The notes under the pieces were generated by a model. That model made no database searches. It was not told where the DNA came from and saw only the letters and a program-made list of their open reading frames with translations. Positions 14,501-29,480 of a stretch of 64,000 nucleotides of DNA are shown here, one piece after another. Both the position numbers and the translations under genes were made by a program. The first letter of the stretch is position 1. Each line of letters opens with the position of its first letter. Location of the stretch: assembly GCA_002245135.1 (NCBI GenBank), contig NGBS01001160.1, positions 248,001 to 312,000 of the forward strand. The letters run 5' to 3'. The stretch comes from Proteromonas lacertae (taxonomy: Eukaryota).

Positions 14501-15413
14501 TTTTACAAGTCACAAATGGTAATTTTAGTATTTGATTTACACTGGGACGTTTCTTTGGATCTTTCTGTAACATGTCATCTACTAGTTTTCTTAATTCTGC
14601 ACTGTATTTACTACTGATTGGAGAGTATTTACCTCTTGTGATTTTTAAGACTAATCCTCTCATATTACCAGCTTCAAATGCATGTTTCAATGTGCACATT
14701 TCATAGAGAATACAGCCTAAACTCCATATGTCTGATTTATATCCATAAGGTTGTTCCTATTCATATTAATTTGACAATTATATATACTTTACATATTTCT
14801 GGTGATAAATAATATGGTGTTCCTATTGCTGTTCTTGCACATTCAAATGTATTGACTAATACCTTGGATATACCGAAATCACCTAATTTGATCATACCAT
14901 TCTAATTATTACAATAAAAATACAACCTTAAAATATATTGTATACATGTAAGAATATATTTTGACCTTTTAAATCACGGTGAAGTATTTTTCTGTCATGA
15001 ACATGTTTCAAAGCTAAACATATTTGTACAAACCATTTTAGTAAAAATCCTTCTTCAAATAACTTCCCATGTTGTCTTGTAATAGCTTGAGATAAATCAC
15101 CTATATAAAATAACATCTAATAATTGTACCACCGCTAGCATAATCCATAACGATGCATAGATTAGCCATGATCCATAAAACTTTCTATATAAGCAACAAT
15201 ATTTGGATGATGAAGAGCAGCAAGTACTTTAACTTCATTCATAGCTTCTTGTCTTTCTTTTGCGCTTGCTGAGCTTAATTTAATTACTTTCAACACATAT
15301 TGTTTCTATAACAGAATAATTCATAACTATACTGCGTCGTCGTTTTTAGTCACTAAAACAGCTTCACCAAATGATCCTTTACCTATTACTTTTATTCTCC
15401 TATATTTTTCCAT
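11596..15413 (-). CDS. NEK1: NIMA-related kinase (NEK1-like) with coiled-coil and acidic tail
   Basis: MEKY...[72 protein letters not shown]-terminal [15 protein letters not shown] typical of NEK1. Confidence 0.9.
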
Positions 15414-15551
15414 TTTAAATAATCTAAAAAATAAAGAAACAGATTTGCTTGATTTTTAGGCTTGAATTGTGTTATTTTTAGATTCTTATTTATTCGAATA
15501 ATATTTATATTTTTATCTGGTATTTGTTGCATTTCAGTTCCATAAACCAAA

Positions 15552-18500
15552 ATGGAAAGAATACCAGATAATGTGTACAAAAGTAAAGGATCTTTTTTTG
15601 CCTCACAACCCTAGTAAGACAGTAATTCATATATCTGAATAGTATACATCGCTTATATTTGAAAAACTTCATGAATTACAAAGAGTTTGAAGTATTTCCG
15701 AGAAAAGGAGTAAACCTAATATTCGGTCCTAATGGAAGTGGTAAAGTATAAAAATATTAATAATTTTATTAATAGAGTTCAATTCTTGTAGCTATCAAAT
15801 TGCTTCTTGGTTCAGCACCAGAAGATTGTAGGAGAGGGAATACATACTCTGCCTATATCAATAACAACATAAAAAATGGAGATAATGCAAGAATAGAGTT
15901 ATGTATACACGATGATAGATATTGTACATCAAATCATTACAAAGATAAAACTGTATTATTCACTAAGTATTAATATTGTGAATATAGAAACATTATAACA
16001 CGTGTTGTACATCAATAGAACTTAATTTACAAACATTTCAGCATGTATTGAGGAGTAACAACGATGAATACAGAGGAAGAGAAGAAATAGCATATTATTT
16101 GAGAGATGAATATAACATTGATAGTAATAACATATTTCAAATGTTACAACAAGAAACAGTTTCTGATGTATTGAGTGAAAATTTGACTAAGAATTTAATG
16201 AATATTGAAAAATCAATTAAATATAAATTGGTATATATAAATATATGAATTTGATATGATATAATTGGTATAGTATGAAACTCATGAAGATTTATTAAAG
16301 AAATCAAAATATCTTGCAGAAGAATCAAAGAAATTAGAAAGACAAAAAAGTGAAATATATACAAAAGAAGCAAAGAAAAGTGTATAATAAATAATAAATA
16401 TAAATTATTCTAATAATAGAAATACGAAGGTTTAAAGTCATTGCAAATGAAGAAGAATGATTATATATACGCAGTATATAATGAATATTTTTTATAATTA
16501 TAGATTAATTGTATTAATAAAGTATTGATATGGCGTAAATATGATGAAATAAGAGAGAAATATAAATATGAATTGAAAAGGTTTGATGGTTTGCCATCTA
16601 CCGCAATTGTATTAATAATTTGATTTGTTATTTGATAGTATGATGCTAAAATTGCTGGTTTTGAGTTAGAAAAGTCAAGACTAAAGAGTGAATATAGAAA
16701 TATAATACCAAAGTATCATTTAGATCATTGACTTTTATATTTAGAAAATATGAAAAATTCAAAAATCCGTTGAATAATAATGTTGAAGAAGTAAAGAAGA
16801 TGTTTGAGAAATCAGATATATATTACAACAAAATATTGAAAAGAAAGACAGATTTACAGATTAAAGAAGATATCAGAGAAAGATATGATGTTCATGTATT
16901 CTATATAAATACTGTTTTTATTATTATGATAATAGTTACAAGATAAAAGAAAGCAATTAATAGCAATAGAAAAGAATCCAGTGAATATAGACTTACTTAA
17001 TGAATTACTAAAACAACAAAAACAACTAAAAACTGAGCTTAATAAAATAATGAATGATGTATGTATATAAATTTCAGTAATAATGTATTTAATAATATAG
17101 TTGAGAAATGTGAATGATAAATACACAAAATTAGATAACCAATACAGACAATGTAAATATTCAATAGATACTTCAATTCAAGAAGAAAGAATGATATATA
17201 ATAGATTCTTCTCGCAACTACCAAGAGATACACAATGCATAATACAATATACGGAATCAATAACTAACAGTTTTCAAGGTAGTTATAGACTTCCAATATC
17301 CAAATATATGAAATTTTCAAGTGATCAAGATGCTTTCTATGTTAGATTTTCTCTTGGTTATTGGATATTATGTGGTTTACTATTCTCATCAAATGAAGAT
17401 GCTTCAATTGTTAGACAGTTTTCTCATGATAATAAATATAATAAAGTTTCCATATTTACATATACACAAAATGTGAATATTTCACAGATTGATATTACTC
17501 CATTAAAATGTTTTGGGATATATTCTACTTTAGATAGAATAATCGAATTTACAGATTCGCAATTGTCTTTAAATGGTAAATCATTAGTTCGTTCATTTTT
17601 ATGTTCAAATTATGGAATATATAGTATTTTAATTGCACAACCGTCATTTAAATCTAGTTGTAATGATTTTGTTACATATTTAAAGTCTGGCTCAAATTCT
17701 TTCATTACAAAATAGTTCATCTATTACTGTTTTTACACCAACACACAAATACATATTTCACAGAATAAGACATAATAATATAAGTACAGAAACAATCCCA
17801 ATCAAATCTAATTCATCAAAACTGTTAATAACATCAAAAGATTTTTCTTTAAGGTTGAAATTGCTAGAAAATATAGAAATAAAGAAGAAAGAAATAGAAA
17901 ACATCAAATTAACTGTATGTTTTATTCTGTAAATATAAATATATATAAATATTAGATTGAACAAGTATCTCAAGAAAAACAAAATGTAGAAAAGGCTAGA
18001 AATCATACATCAAATGAATTGAACAAAATTTCAAACGAAATTTCTTCAATGAGGAATAGAAATGAAACAATAAATACATTGAAAGCTGAAGTAATTATTG
18101 TTATTTTATCCTAATAATAAATAGATAATTAAAAGAGAAAAAGATCTTCAAAACCTTGATAATGAAATTGAAATAGTAAAGAATCCTGAATTGTTAAAGA
18201 GTTGGTTAAGATATTATCATTCATCATTAAATGAATGTATCAAAAATATAAAGGTATAATAGTGAATGTAATACTATAAATGATTAGATGATTGAGCCAA
18301 TGGTGATATTTACTTTGATGAAAAGAGAGTTAGCAACAAAAATAGAATTAGTTGAGAAGAATATAAAAAAAGAAACAGAAAATAAAGAGTATAGAATATA
18401 ACATGAATATTATTCAATAGAAAAATAGAGGAAATAATAAAAGCTCATTTCAAGACAATGAAAGGAGTAGAAATGGAAATGAAAAGAGTATGTGAATATG

Positions 18501-19563
18501 CAATGAAGGCATTAAAACCAATAACAGCAATAAAAATATACACCAACAATACAGCTTTAGGATCAGATTATTATTTTAATTATGTATATATTATAACTAT
18601 TATTGATGTGACATATATAATAATAGAAACTACCAAAAGGAATATCAACAATATGATAAAGGGGAAGAAGAATTGGAAGTATATTTTCATAATATTGTTG
18701 TTATTATTGTTTTGTAGAGATTAAAAAGTCAATTACAAGGAATAGTTAATAATATTGATGTAGATAAAGATCAAATAGCTAATTATACAAAATTTATATC
18801 AGATTTAGCTGTAGAAAAAGACAATTATAGAAAAATGTATTATTAAAATAATATTAATATAATTGTAGGGAAGAAGTATTTAACGCTACCTATTTAAAAG
18901 TGCAAGAACAACATAGAAAATGGCATAAAGAATTACATGATATTATCTTAACAATGAATGAATATTTTATATCTTATGTTAGAGAAGATAATAATGATAC
19001 GTCAAGAAATACAAAAACATCATTTGGAGAAATATCTTTAGAACCAAATATAATATCAACTACAATACCAGCAAAGTATATTATTTTATTTTTATTACCT
19101 TATATAAATAATAGGAATTATGAAAGTTTTATGAATTCATATCAATTGCATATTAAAGCCATGTTGAAATCATTTGACAGAGTGAGAGATTTAACAAGTC
19201 AATCATTATCTGGAGGTGAGAAATCATTTTCTACTTCGCTATTAATATTATCAATGAGAAGTTTGATTCATGCTCCATTTTGTGTGATGGATGAAGTATA
19301 TTAATATGTTTTATTAATAGATAAATCAAGGAATGGATGAAAAATATGAAGCAGAGTTTTTTAAATTGTTATTAAGTGAGAATAACACAGTTCAATATTT
19401 TGTATTAAGTCCGACCGAAAATACTCAAATAGAACAATTGTTGAATGAATCTAAAATGATGAAAAAGAAATTACCTGATATTACTGTTCATGTTATATTG
19501 TGTGGATCAAATTTACCAGAGAGTGATAAACCAATTGTTGTTGATTTTAATGATTGTATGTAA
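15552..19563 (+). CDS. Divergent SMC5/SMC6-family ATPase (many introns, some frame disruptions)
   Basis: LYLKNFMNY, VNLIFGPNGSGKSSI (Walker A), Q-loop FQMLQQE, coiled coils, LSGGEKSFST signature, APFCVMDE|INQGMD (Walker B and D-loop). Confidence 0.8.
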
Positions 19564-19642
19564 AATTGTTTAATTTATGATATGAGTTTTATTTGTTATT
19601 AAGAAAACATAAAACATTTTAAATGTAATATTAAATCTTCAT

Positions 19643-21671
19643 TTAAATAAAGATAATTAAGATAATGGCTATTAATAATGTTGGATAAACAACCCAAGAT
19701 TTATCTTCTGTATGAATTATTTCTCCTGTTACTATATTTCCATATAATTCTGCTTTACCTATTATTATTTATTTGATATACAATAGTGTCATTTGCAGCT
19801 AATACAAATGATTTAGTACTATCCACATCATTTATTTCAACCCATTCATTAATCTTTGTTTCATTACAATTATTTCTCAGCCATGGTAATGCTACGAATT
19901 TCTTACTTGTTGCAGTACATTCATACTTCCTCAAATCTTCATCATCATCTTCTCCAATTATAAATCCTGTACTCTTTTCAATTAAATCTGCATTTTCAGC
20001 AATTGTATATGTTGTATTATGTTCTCCATCTTTTCTACTTACTGGAACTGCAATTTGATACTTTTTTGATATAGAGTAATAAATATTATCTGTAAATAAA
20101 ATATATTCAGTTGTTGATTTATTACTCTTTACTTGTGAATTTTCTGGAATAGCTGATAAGTCATTTACATCTATTTCACCATCATCACCACCATCACTAC
20201 TTCCTGTTTTACATGTTTGTGAATCTTTATATTTTTTAAATGCATTTTCAGCTTCTGTCTTACTTCTTCTCCAACAACAGTTATTTTACCAGTAAATCCA
20301 GTAGGAGGTGTTTCAAATGATGCTGTATCGTCTTTTTGATTGTATTTAATTGAAAATGCAGGTAATGTATCAATTGAGCATTCTGTTTTAGTAGCTTTAC
20401 ACTCTGTTAATGTTTGAGTAGGTTTTTCACCTTTACATTGTAATATTCCTTGTGGTGTGTAAGTACTTTTAATATCATCTGTTCCAAATCCTCAGTAGTG
20501 TAATGATAATATTCATCTCCTTTGAATTTGATAATATCATTATTCTTTATGTAATATGTAAAATCACTAATTGTAAATGTCAATATTTTATCTTTTGGGA
20601 CTTTTCCTGTTGTTGGTGTAGAACCAGTTTTACAATCACTAGCTTCATCATAATTATTTATATCAGGTATAACATTACCTGAAACAATTTCAATTTGCTT
20701 ATTCTTTAATGATTCATCAACAAATGTAGCTGTTTCAGGATTTCCTGTTTTGTATTGTATTTTGTAAACTGGCTTAGTTGTACAAGTATCAGCAGCTTTT
20801 TGTACTGTACAGTCATTTAAACTATCAAATTGACTCTTACCATCACATATATATTTTGGTGTTAATGTGTATTTACTTTCAGTATTTACAGTTACATCAT
20901 CTTTTACAACTGTATAGTATGTATAACCTTGATATCTTTATTCTTTTTCACAGCTTGATTTTTACTTAAATACATAGTATCACCATCTACAACGAATTTC
21001 AATACTTTTTCATCTGGAACTGGTCCTGCTTTATCAGTAGATGTTTTACATGTCATGTTCTATTAGTAATATTCTGGAATATTTTATCTGAATCACTTGT
21101 CCATCACTGTTACTATCACCTGTATATCCACTAACAAATGTTGCTGTAGCTGTTCCTATAATTCTGCTTGCAGCTGTTCCTAATTCTCTTACCATTTTCT
21201 TTTCCAGCTGGAGTATCTGTTTCATCTTCAATATCTCCACTTCCACTTGTATATTTGAATTGTGAAATTCTGATAAAGTATCTGTACATGGATCTGTACT
21301 TCAATTTTACACTCATTTAATGTTTGACTTCCTGCTGTTGTTCCTTTACATTCAAATTGAGGAGTAATAGCTAGTATATTTACTAGCATCATGTGTACTA
21401 TCTTTTCCTACTGTAACAGTAAGGTAAGTAAATTCATTTCCTTTCTTCTTAACTATGTTACTTCCTTGTATATAAACATCTATATCACTTCCAATTTTAA
21501 ATTTTATAATAGCATCGGATGGAACATCATCCAATCTTCCTATAAAACAATAATTTATAATTTCTTACTTCTCAAGTTTGAAGCTTTTACAGTAGCACTA
21601 CAGAGTAATACTAATACTATTCATTGTTAAATAAACATCAGTATACATGTCAATGAGAAGATAAATTTCAT
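19643..21671 (-). CDS. Surface protein with signal peptide, about four divergent Cys/Thr-rich repeats and a hydrophobic C-terminus; multiple frameshifts (errors or pseudogene)
   Basis: Spliced start MKFIFSLTLLVLLCSATVKASNLRRRLDDVP; repeats begin VPSDAIIKF / VPDEKVLKF / VPKDKILTF / IPENSQVK; ends SWVVYPTLLIAIILIIFI*. Confidence 0.6.
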
Positions 21672-21962
21672 TTTCTAAAAATTCGTTAATTTTTTAAACC
21701 GAAAATTAATATATCTGTTTTATAGTTGTTTTTTTAACTGTAAAAAGTAACGAAACTGTTTTAATCAGAATAAAAACAGTTCTATAAAAGTATTATTAAG
21801 TATTATAATAAATAACAAATTTTATACCCACTACATCAACATTTCTTAAACTCAATTATCTACAACAAACATTGGTAATACCTTTTACAAATGTATTATT
21901 TTCCCCACGCAAAACACAATCAATAGTGATTATTAATAAAACAATAATAGAAAATAAAAAAT

Positions 21963-23781
21963 TTACTTTCCACCTCTTCCTTTAAGAGTATGAACACCAG
22001 CCATAGCTGCTGATCTTCCTCTACCTCCTCCAGGTACCATACCTCTCATACCTTGACCACCCATTCCCACACTAATTGGATTAGTTGGTGCTTCATTCTT
22101 CTTAGATGTATCATAATCACTCTGTGGATTCTTTACTGTCTCATCAATGGATAATACTAAGCAGGCAGCTTCAGTAGCAGCAGAAAGTGAGTTAATCTTA
22201 GACATAGCTGGTTCCCATACATATCTATCATAGGTATTACAGATACCTTCATTTTCAATATCTACACCATAATTCATACCACTCTCTATATCCTCATAAT
22301 GCTTCTGACGTAATGCATTCATTATATCAGTTGAATCAAAACCAGCATTATCGCTAATCTGACGTGGTATAACTTCTAATGCTTTAGCATAATTATTAAT
22401 GATTAATTGTAATTTACCTTCGATTGTTCTAGAATATTCCTTCAAATATCTAGAAATTTCCATCTCAATTGCACCACCACCTGGAACAATTTCTGAACTG
22501 CTAATACATCTTTTCACTACTTCAATGGAATCATGAACGGATCTTTCAGATTCAGCTAAGAACTGTTCACTACCACCTCTTAATATAATAGTAGCACTGG
22601 TTGGACAAGGGCATTGAGTAAATAAATTATATCTTTCTGAACCAATTTGTCTTTCTTGGAAATCACCACATTTTCCTAATATATCTTCAGTTAAACCATT
22701 TACACTGGTTTGTACACGTGCACCAGTTGCTTTACAGACTCTGTCTAAATCTTCAGCTGTTACACGACCTGCACAGAATAATCCTCTATCAGCAAAATAC
22801 TATTTAAAATAAATAATATATATATAAAAGTATATATATACTTGAGTTGCTAAGTCTCCAATTGGCAATTTAGATAATATAATTTTAGCACCTGATTTCA
22901 CACACAAATCTAATTTCTCATATATAATATTCCATTCAGCATCTACAATTGATTGATATTGATCTGGATCATCGATTCTTACTTCAGCATTTTCTTTTTC
23001 ACTTTTCAATTCTAATTCAACATTTAAACATAATATTTTTGGATCTTTAAATGATTTTGGTTGTTGTTCAAAACCTGCATATGAAAATGTCTTTTTAAAT
23101 GCAACACCTTTGACTAAAAATGATTCAGTTACTGAACCACCTGGAACTTTTTTAATACCTACAAAACTAGTATCTAAATCATTATCTAATATTGTTACAG
23201 CATCTACAATCATTGGAGCAAAGAAGGCACGATTGGCACATATTAATTTGGAGTTTAAGGCTGTACCTGCTACTCTTTCTAACATTTGTCTAAAGCCTTG
23301 AGAATCTTTTACATCAACTTTATGAGCAAGTTCTTTAATGTGTTTTATACCTTCACTTACTGCTTTACGATATCCACGAATGATTGATTGTGGATGTACA
23401 CCTTCTTGGACAAAGCTCTTTGCACTGTCAAGCAATTCACCAGCAAGTAAAACTACAGTGGTTGTTCCATCTCCTACTTCGGCATCTTGGGATTTTGCAA
23501 TATCTACTAATGTTCTAGCAGCTGGATGGACTATATCAAGTAAGTTCATGATTTGAGCACCATCGTTTGATATTGTTACAGTTTTACCATCATAAATTAA
23601 TTTATCCATCCCTCTTGGTCCTAAAGTAGTTCTAACTACATCAGCAACTGCTTTGCATGCATTAATGTTGCCAATTAATTGACCTACACCTTGTGATTCA
23701 TCAGTTCCATCCTTAAGAAGGATGATCTGTGGTTGCTATATAAAAAATAGATATAATCGTTTATACCATCATATAAGACAT
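21963..23781 (-). CDS. CCT7: T-complex protein 1 subunit eta
   Basis: [62 protein letters not shown]; two introns. Confidence 0.97.
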
Positions 23782-23987
23782 TTTTGAAATTGAAATGAGA
23801 ATAAAGAGGCTTAAAATAATATTGTTTGTATAGTTAAAACATGCAAGATGAAACGGATCAAATTATGAGAAGTTTTTTTTGCTTTTTATTTGATTTATAA
23901 TTACTGATTTTATTTTTTATTTCTACAACAAACAATTATTAACAACAATAATGCAATATATCAATATATGACACGATTTGTTTTTTA

Positions 23988-24914
23988 CTAATATGGTGGA
24001 TACTGTGTAGCTATCAATATAATAACAATAAATTATACATTGTAAACCAGATGAAGCATACATCAATGCATTAGTATTCATATTTGTCTTATTCATGTCT
24101 TTTTGTTGTTGTGGTGGTACCATTAGACTATTTTGCATTGGATTGTTATTCATCATACTAGATGATAGATTCATTGAATCTTTCATCTTTCTTGGAGTTT
24201 TCATTGATTTAGATAAACAAGAATTACCATGTGTTACTTCCAAGAATCCTTTCTCTCTCAAGTTCTTACTTAACCATACAATTCTTCTTCTCGATGTACC
24301 ATAAAATACACAAAATACATCACGACATACATTTTGACCTAATACAAAATATACGAATTTTGGACCTCGATGTTTATCATGTTCTTCTACCCCTAAACTC
24401 TTCTCAGCTTCACAACGAGCTGAAGAAGTAAAACCACAGTTCAATGCACCCATTAAAACATAATTCTGATATTTCCAAGGTAATTTTCTGAAGTTTAAAC
24501 AATTGTTATAGAAATCTTCATATTTCAACGAATCTAAACAACCTCTTCTCTTACATTGACAACCATTCTTGAATAATTTTGTTAAACGCTCAGTATATCG
24601 ATCCATATCAAATTTCTCAGTTGGGCCTGTTACTATATCTTCTTCTCTCATATCAGCATATTGATAATTGGGAGGACTTAACACCTAACAATTTATAATA
24701 TTACAATTCATACATTTTGAGGCATATAAACTTGTTGTTGAGGATAATAACTGAATCTCTGCATGTCAGAAAGAATATTCGAATTCATTGGAGGTGGAAC
24801 ATCAGATAAGGCTTGTAATTGATCAGGGACCTTCTTCTTCAAAGCAGGCTGTTCAGCAAGAGTATCTCCTGCTCTTTTACTCGCTTCATTATTATTTCTT
24901 GTTGAATCTTCCAT
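23988..24914 (-). CDS. Hypothetical nuclear protein with a Cys-rich domain resembling DNA-transposon N-terminal regions
   Basis: Introns 24685-24713 and ~24012-24039 join the ORFs; CQCKRRGC...YFVLGQNVCRDVFCVFYGTSRRRI...HGN flanked by Q/M/N low complexity. Confidence 0.55.
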
Positions 24915-25311
24915 ATTTATATTTTAAATTATCAATTTGTTATTCACACACTAAATTTATAAAAAATTGGTGAAAAATAAAGCTCAAGAGATAGGCTTAT
25001 AAAAATTCAAAAGCTTGAATGATCAAGTCAACAAAAACTATTGGATGATTCTTTTGTTAATGAATTTAGAGATAACTAAAGATTATTTTAGCACGGTAAA
25101 AGTTGAATTGATTAAATTATGCATTTTTAAAACACTTTTTAGGGATTGTAGTGAAATGTTCTTTGTTAGTTAAAAATCTGTAATAATTCTTTCATAACAA
25201 TATTTTATGTAATTGTACTTGAATTCATATTTAATTTATTAACATCTGTTTGATTAATAAAGATTAGAAAAATAACTGATGCAGGTTTGATTACTTCAAA
25301 CCATTAGAAAA

Positions 25312-27543
25312 ATGAAATTTGTCGCTTTAATCAGTGGAGGCAAAGATAGCATATATAACATAATTGAATGTATAAAGAGAGGTCATACACTCGAATGCGT
25401 TGGTAATTTATGTCCAAAGCAAAGTATGAAATCTACAAATGTTTATTTTAGAAGATAATGAAGAAATAATAGCAGAAACAGATAGTTATATGTTTCAAAC
25501 AATTGGTTATAATTTAATCGAAGGAATTGGTGAATGTTTAGAAGTTCCAGTTTATCAAGCCAGCTTATCAGGAAGATCTATTAATGTTGAAATGAACTAT
25601 AGTGTAACTGAGAATGATGAGATAGAAGACATGTACAAATTGATATTGAGAATAAAAGTATTGATTAATTTGAATATTGTATAATAGAAAGAACATCCTG
25701 AAATAGAAGGAGTATCAGTAGGTGCAGTACTCTCTAACTATCAACGAATTCGTGTAGAAAATGTGTGTTCTCGTTTATGTATGACTCCTTTATGTTATTT
25801 ATGGGAAAGAGATCAATGTGAATTATTAGATGAAATGATTGAATGCAATATGAATGCAATATTAGTTAAAACAGCAGCACTTGGATTAATTCCCGAGAAA
25901 CACTTGAATAAAACGATTGAAGAATTGAGAGATGATTTACATGAATTAGTATTGTTATATACTCTTAAAATTATATTAATATTGTTGTTAGAATAAGAAA
26001 TATGGTGTAAATGTATGTGGTGAAGGAGGTGAATATGAAAGTTTAACATTAGATTGTCCAATATATCATAAGAGAATAATAATGTATATATATATAATAA
26101 TTGTTGTAAATAGTGATGAAGGTGAAATCTCAATATATTCTAAACATGAATATGATTGTGTAGGTCATTATATAATAAAGAAATTCCATTTAGAAGACAA
26201 ATTAGAAAAAGATATAATCCCAATAAAACCAATAGAAATTCCAAATAATCCAAGAGTGAAAGATTTACATTATGTATATAATAAAGAACATAATATAAAG
26301 ATCAATATCTCATCTTCTACAATTAATACTGATAATAATAATACTGATGTATTTAGTATAAGAAGTAAAGATGATTTAATGAATGTATCATTTACTTCAT
26401 CAACAACAAATGAAAAGCTATTTGATTTATTAGTAGAAAATTGTAATAAGAATAATATGAATATTAATGATATTATTTCAATTCACTTTTATCTGTGTAA
26501 TATTGATAATCATTATTCAAATATGATTGATCAGTTCAATGAAGTATTTGACAAATCAACTCCAACTATAACAATACTTGAACATAGAAATAACCATTCA
26601 ATAATTGAAGCAATATTTATAAAAGTATATATTTAAATATATCTTGATATAGAAATCTTCAATTCATTTAAATCCTGCAGGTATGTATCCAGGTCGAGGT
26701 GTATTAAGAATTACATCACAATCATCTTATTTCCCAAGAATTGATGAAGATCTGAAATCGTCAAGCCAAGCTACAAATATCAGTGGAGTGATTTATTCAT
26801 CTTCAATATTACCTTATTATTGTGATAATATGATAATTACTGAAGATTATACTATAAATCATTGTAATAGAATAATTGATTATATTAAAAATATGTTGAA
26901 AATAATGTACAGTAAGATAAATAATTCAATTGAAATTGTGATTTATATTTCTGAAAAAGGAAGTGATTCAATAAAAGACTATTCAGAATTGATAGATAAT
27001 GTGAATGAAATATTGAATAACACATCAATACCAGTAGTTTATATAGTTGTACCGAAAATTGCCAAAATGTGCATCAATACAAATAGAGTGTATTAATATG
27101 ATGAATTGGGTTTATGAACAATTACCACCAACTTATATTTCAAAAACAGTAGATTTAGAAAGTGGTTGTAACTGTATTATTAACGGTATTTATAATCCAA
27201 TTTCGTATTTATCGTTGAAAATTGATGTTGTTGTACCTCCTAATACAGTTTTAGATTTTGAAAGTTTAATTGTGAAAAATGTGATAAGTGTTGTAGATAC
27301 TATGGTAAAAGAATCAAAGTTCAGCTTAGATGATGTAGTTTCAATACGATATTACTATTTACATAATGTAATAGACAATATATTTGTTAATTGTATGATT
27401 CTCTTATCAAATTCATTTTTTATAGATCTGTCCCTATCCTTATAACAAAGGAATTGGCATTTCAACCAATTATATTCCCTGCGTCTTATCAAATATCAAC
27501 GTGTTGTCAATTACTCTCACAACTTTCGATAAGGGTATTATAG
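25312..27543 (+). CDS. DPH6: Diphthine--ammonia ligase with C-terminal RidA/YjgF-like domains
   Basis: MKFVALISGGKDS, DSYMFQTIG, GAVLSNYQRIRVENVCSRL, YLWERDQ, VCGEGGEYESLTLDCP. The 3' end is approximate (frameshift near 27060). Confidence 0.92.
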
Positions 27544-27804
27544 ATAAACATATTCTTGTTTGAGAATAGATAATCTATTTTTAATACCTATCTTATTTTG
27601 CCTAAAGGTTTTTCGATTATTTTAAGTTGATCATAACAATTTTTCTCTAAACTCTAAAGTGCAGTTCATTACTTCATTCACATCTCACATCAGCTAAAAA
27701 CTTGCGAATCAATATAACATATATAACATCAGAATAACTGAATTTAATTCATTACTTACATTTTGACCTGTCATTTTTGATTAGAATCAAAAAGTCGTAA
27801 TTTT

Positions 27805-29187
27805 ATGGAAATAAAATTGCAAAGTGCTGAAGATGCGTACATATATATATTTTTTATTGTCTTAGATGGCTGAAAATTCTGAAAGACGAGCGGCTGTGTG
27901 ATATCATATTCAACCTAGAAAACAACCAAGTCAGAATTCCTAGTCTAAAAGCAATCCTGAGAGTACAAAATGAAGTCTTGGGTGAAATGATTAATAATTG
28001 TGAGTCAAACGGCGATGGTAGGAATATAACCATCAATGATATTAAAGGAGACACATTTCAAAGTTTTCTTTATTATCTTTTTGGAGGAAAGGTATAATGT
28101 ACATATATTTCCTAGATTATTCTAAGTGCTTTCAACATTTGTGAAATGTTGAAGATTAGTTATAGATTCAAAGAATTACGACTGAAAGATGACTGCCAAA
28201 AGTATAATATATTCCATTTAATACTCTATAATTAGATATATTGGTAATCATATGACTTTAAAATTACTAGACGAGATGGTGAATACTGTACCTCAGGAAA
28301 TAATAAGAGATTTCGAAGATTTAATCAAAACTTTTATTTTTTATCAAGGATATAAATTGTTTGAAGATTATGTCGGAAGAATTAAAGATATGTCAATTCC
28401 TTCAATCAATTTAATTGTAAATAGCTCAATCATCCTTTGCTCTGAAGATTCATTTCTATCTGGATTAATATATTACTTTTCAGGTGATAATTCGACCAAT
28501 GTGTCGTTTGGAGATAAATCCTTTTTAGCTCATGTTCAATGGAAATATGTATCTGAGGAAAGTATATATATACTTATGTTAGTATTTATAGAAGTACAAA
28601 TGCTAAAAGAAAAAAGAATCATTTCAATTGAAGAATATAATGAAATTGAAACATTACAAAAATCACCATCTTCAGAAATGATGAAATCAAGCCAGCTTGT
28701 CTATCATAAGCATTACATATTCCAACCAACTGATAGTCATATAATAAATCAATTAATTATTAGAGCAATAGACTGTGAAGAATATAACATCGAATTGAAT
28801 GAGAATGAAATGAACGTTATTAATACCTTACCTTTACACGATTATTTACCTTTATTATTAAACTCTAAATGTGATAGAGTATTTGTAACTGGATTATTTA
28901 TTATTTATTCGTTAAATAAAGTTATAGAAGAGTGTGTAGATGCACATAATTTAAATATAATTTTTGAAAGAGTTTTGAAAATTAGATCATCGAAACTGCA
29001 ATATAAATCCGTTTTGAATAATATTATGATTATATTTACAGGTGATTATGAAAGGTTTAGTAAAATAGATAAAGCTTGTGGAAGATCAGTTTTGTTACAA
29101 ATCATGATAGCTAATCAGAACCTTAATACTATTTATTTATCATCTTTTGCACAAATGTTGGGTGAATTAGTTAATAATTCAAGTATA

Positions 29188-29244
<57 letters not shown>

Positions 29245-29437
29245 GGTGTTGATCAGAAGTATCTTAGTGATAATCTGAATGAGTCAATATATGAAGCATT
29301 ATTTAGTAATAATAAATGTGATAAAACGTTATTAACTTATCCATTAACTACATATAAACTCACACTTTATACTGATACTGAAGTAATTAAACCATCTACC
29401 GAATTGGGAATATTATGTAAATATACAATATCACCAA

Positions 29438-29480
<43 letters not shown>

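Noticed and set aside
26330..27543. DPH6 C-terminal extension as a novel fusion
   Set aside because: DPH6 fused to RidA/YjgF-like domains is already known in fungi and plants.
29183..29245. Poly-tyrosine tract in ORF 28252-29865
   Set aside because: It is a (TAT)n microsatellite inside a GT-AG intron read through in frame; YIYIYI runs elsewhere are (TA)n in introns.
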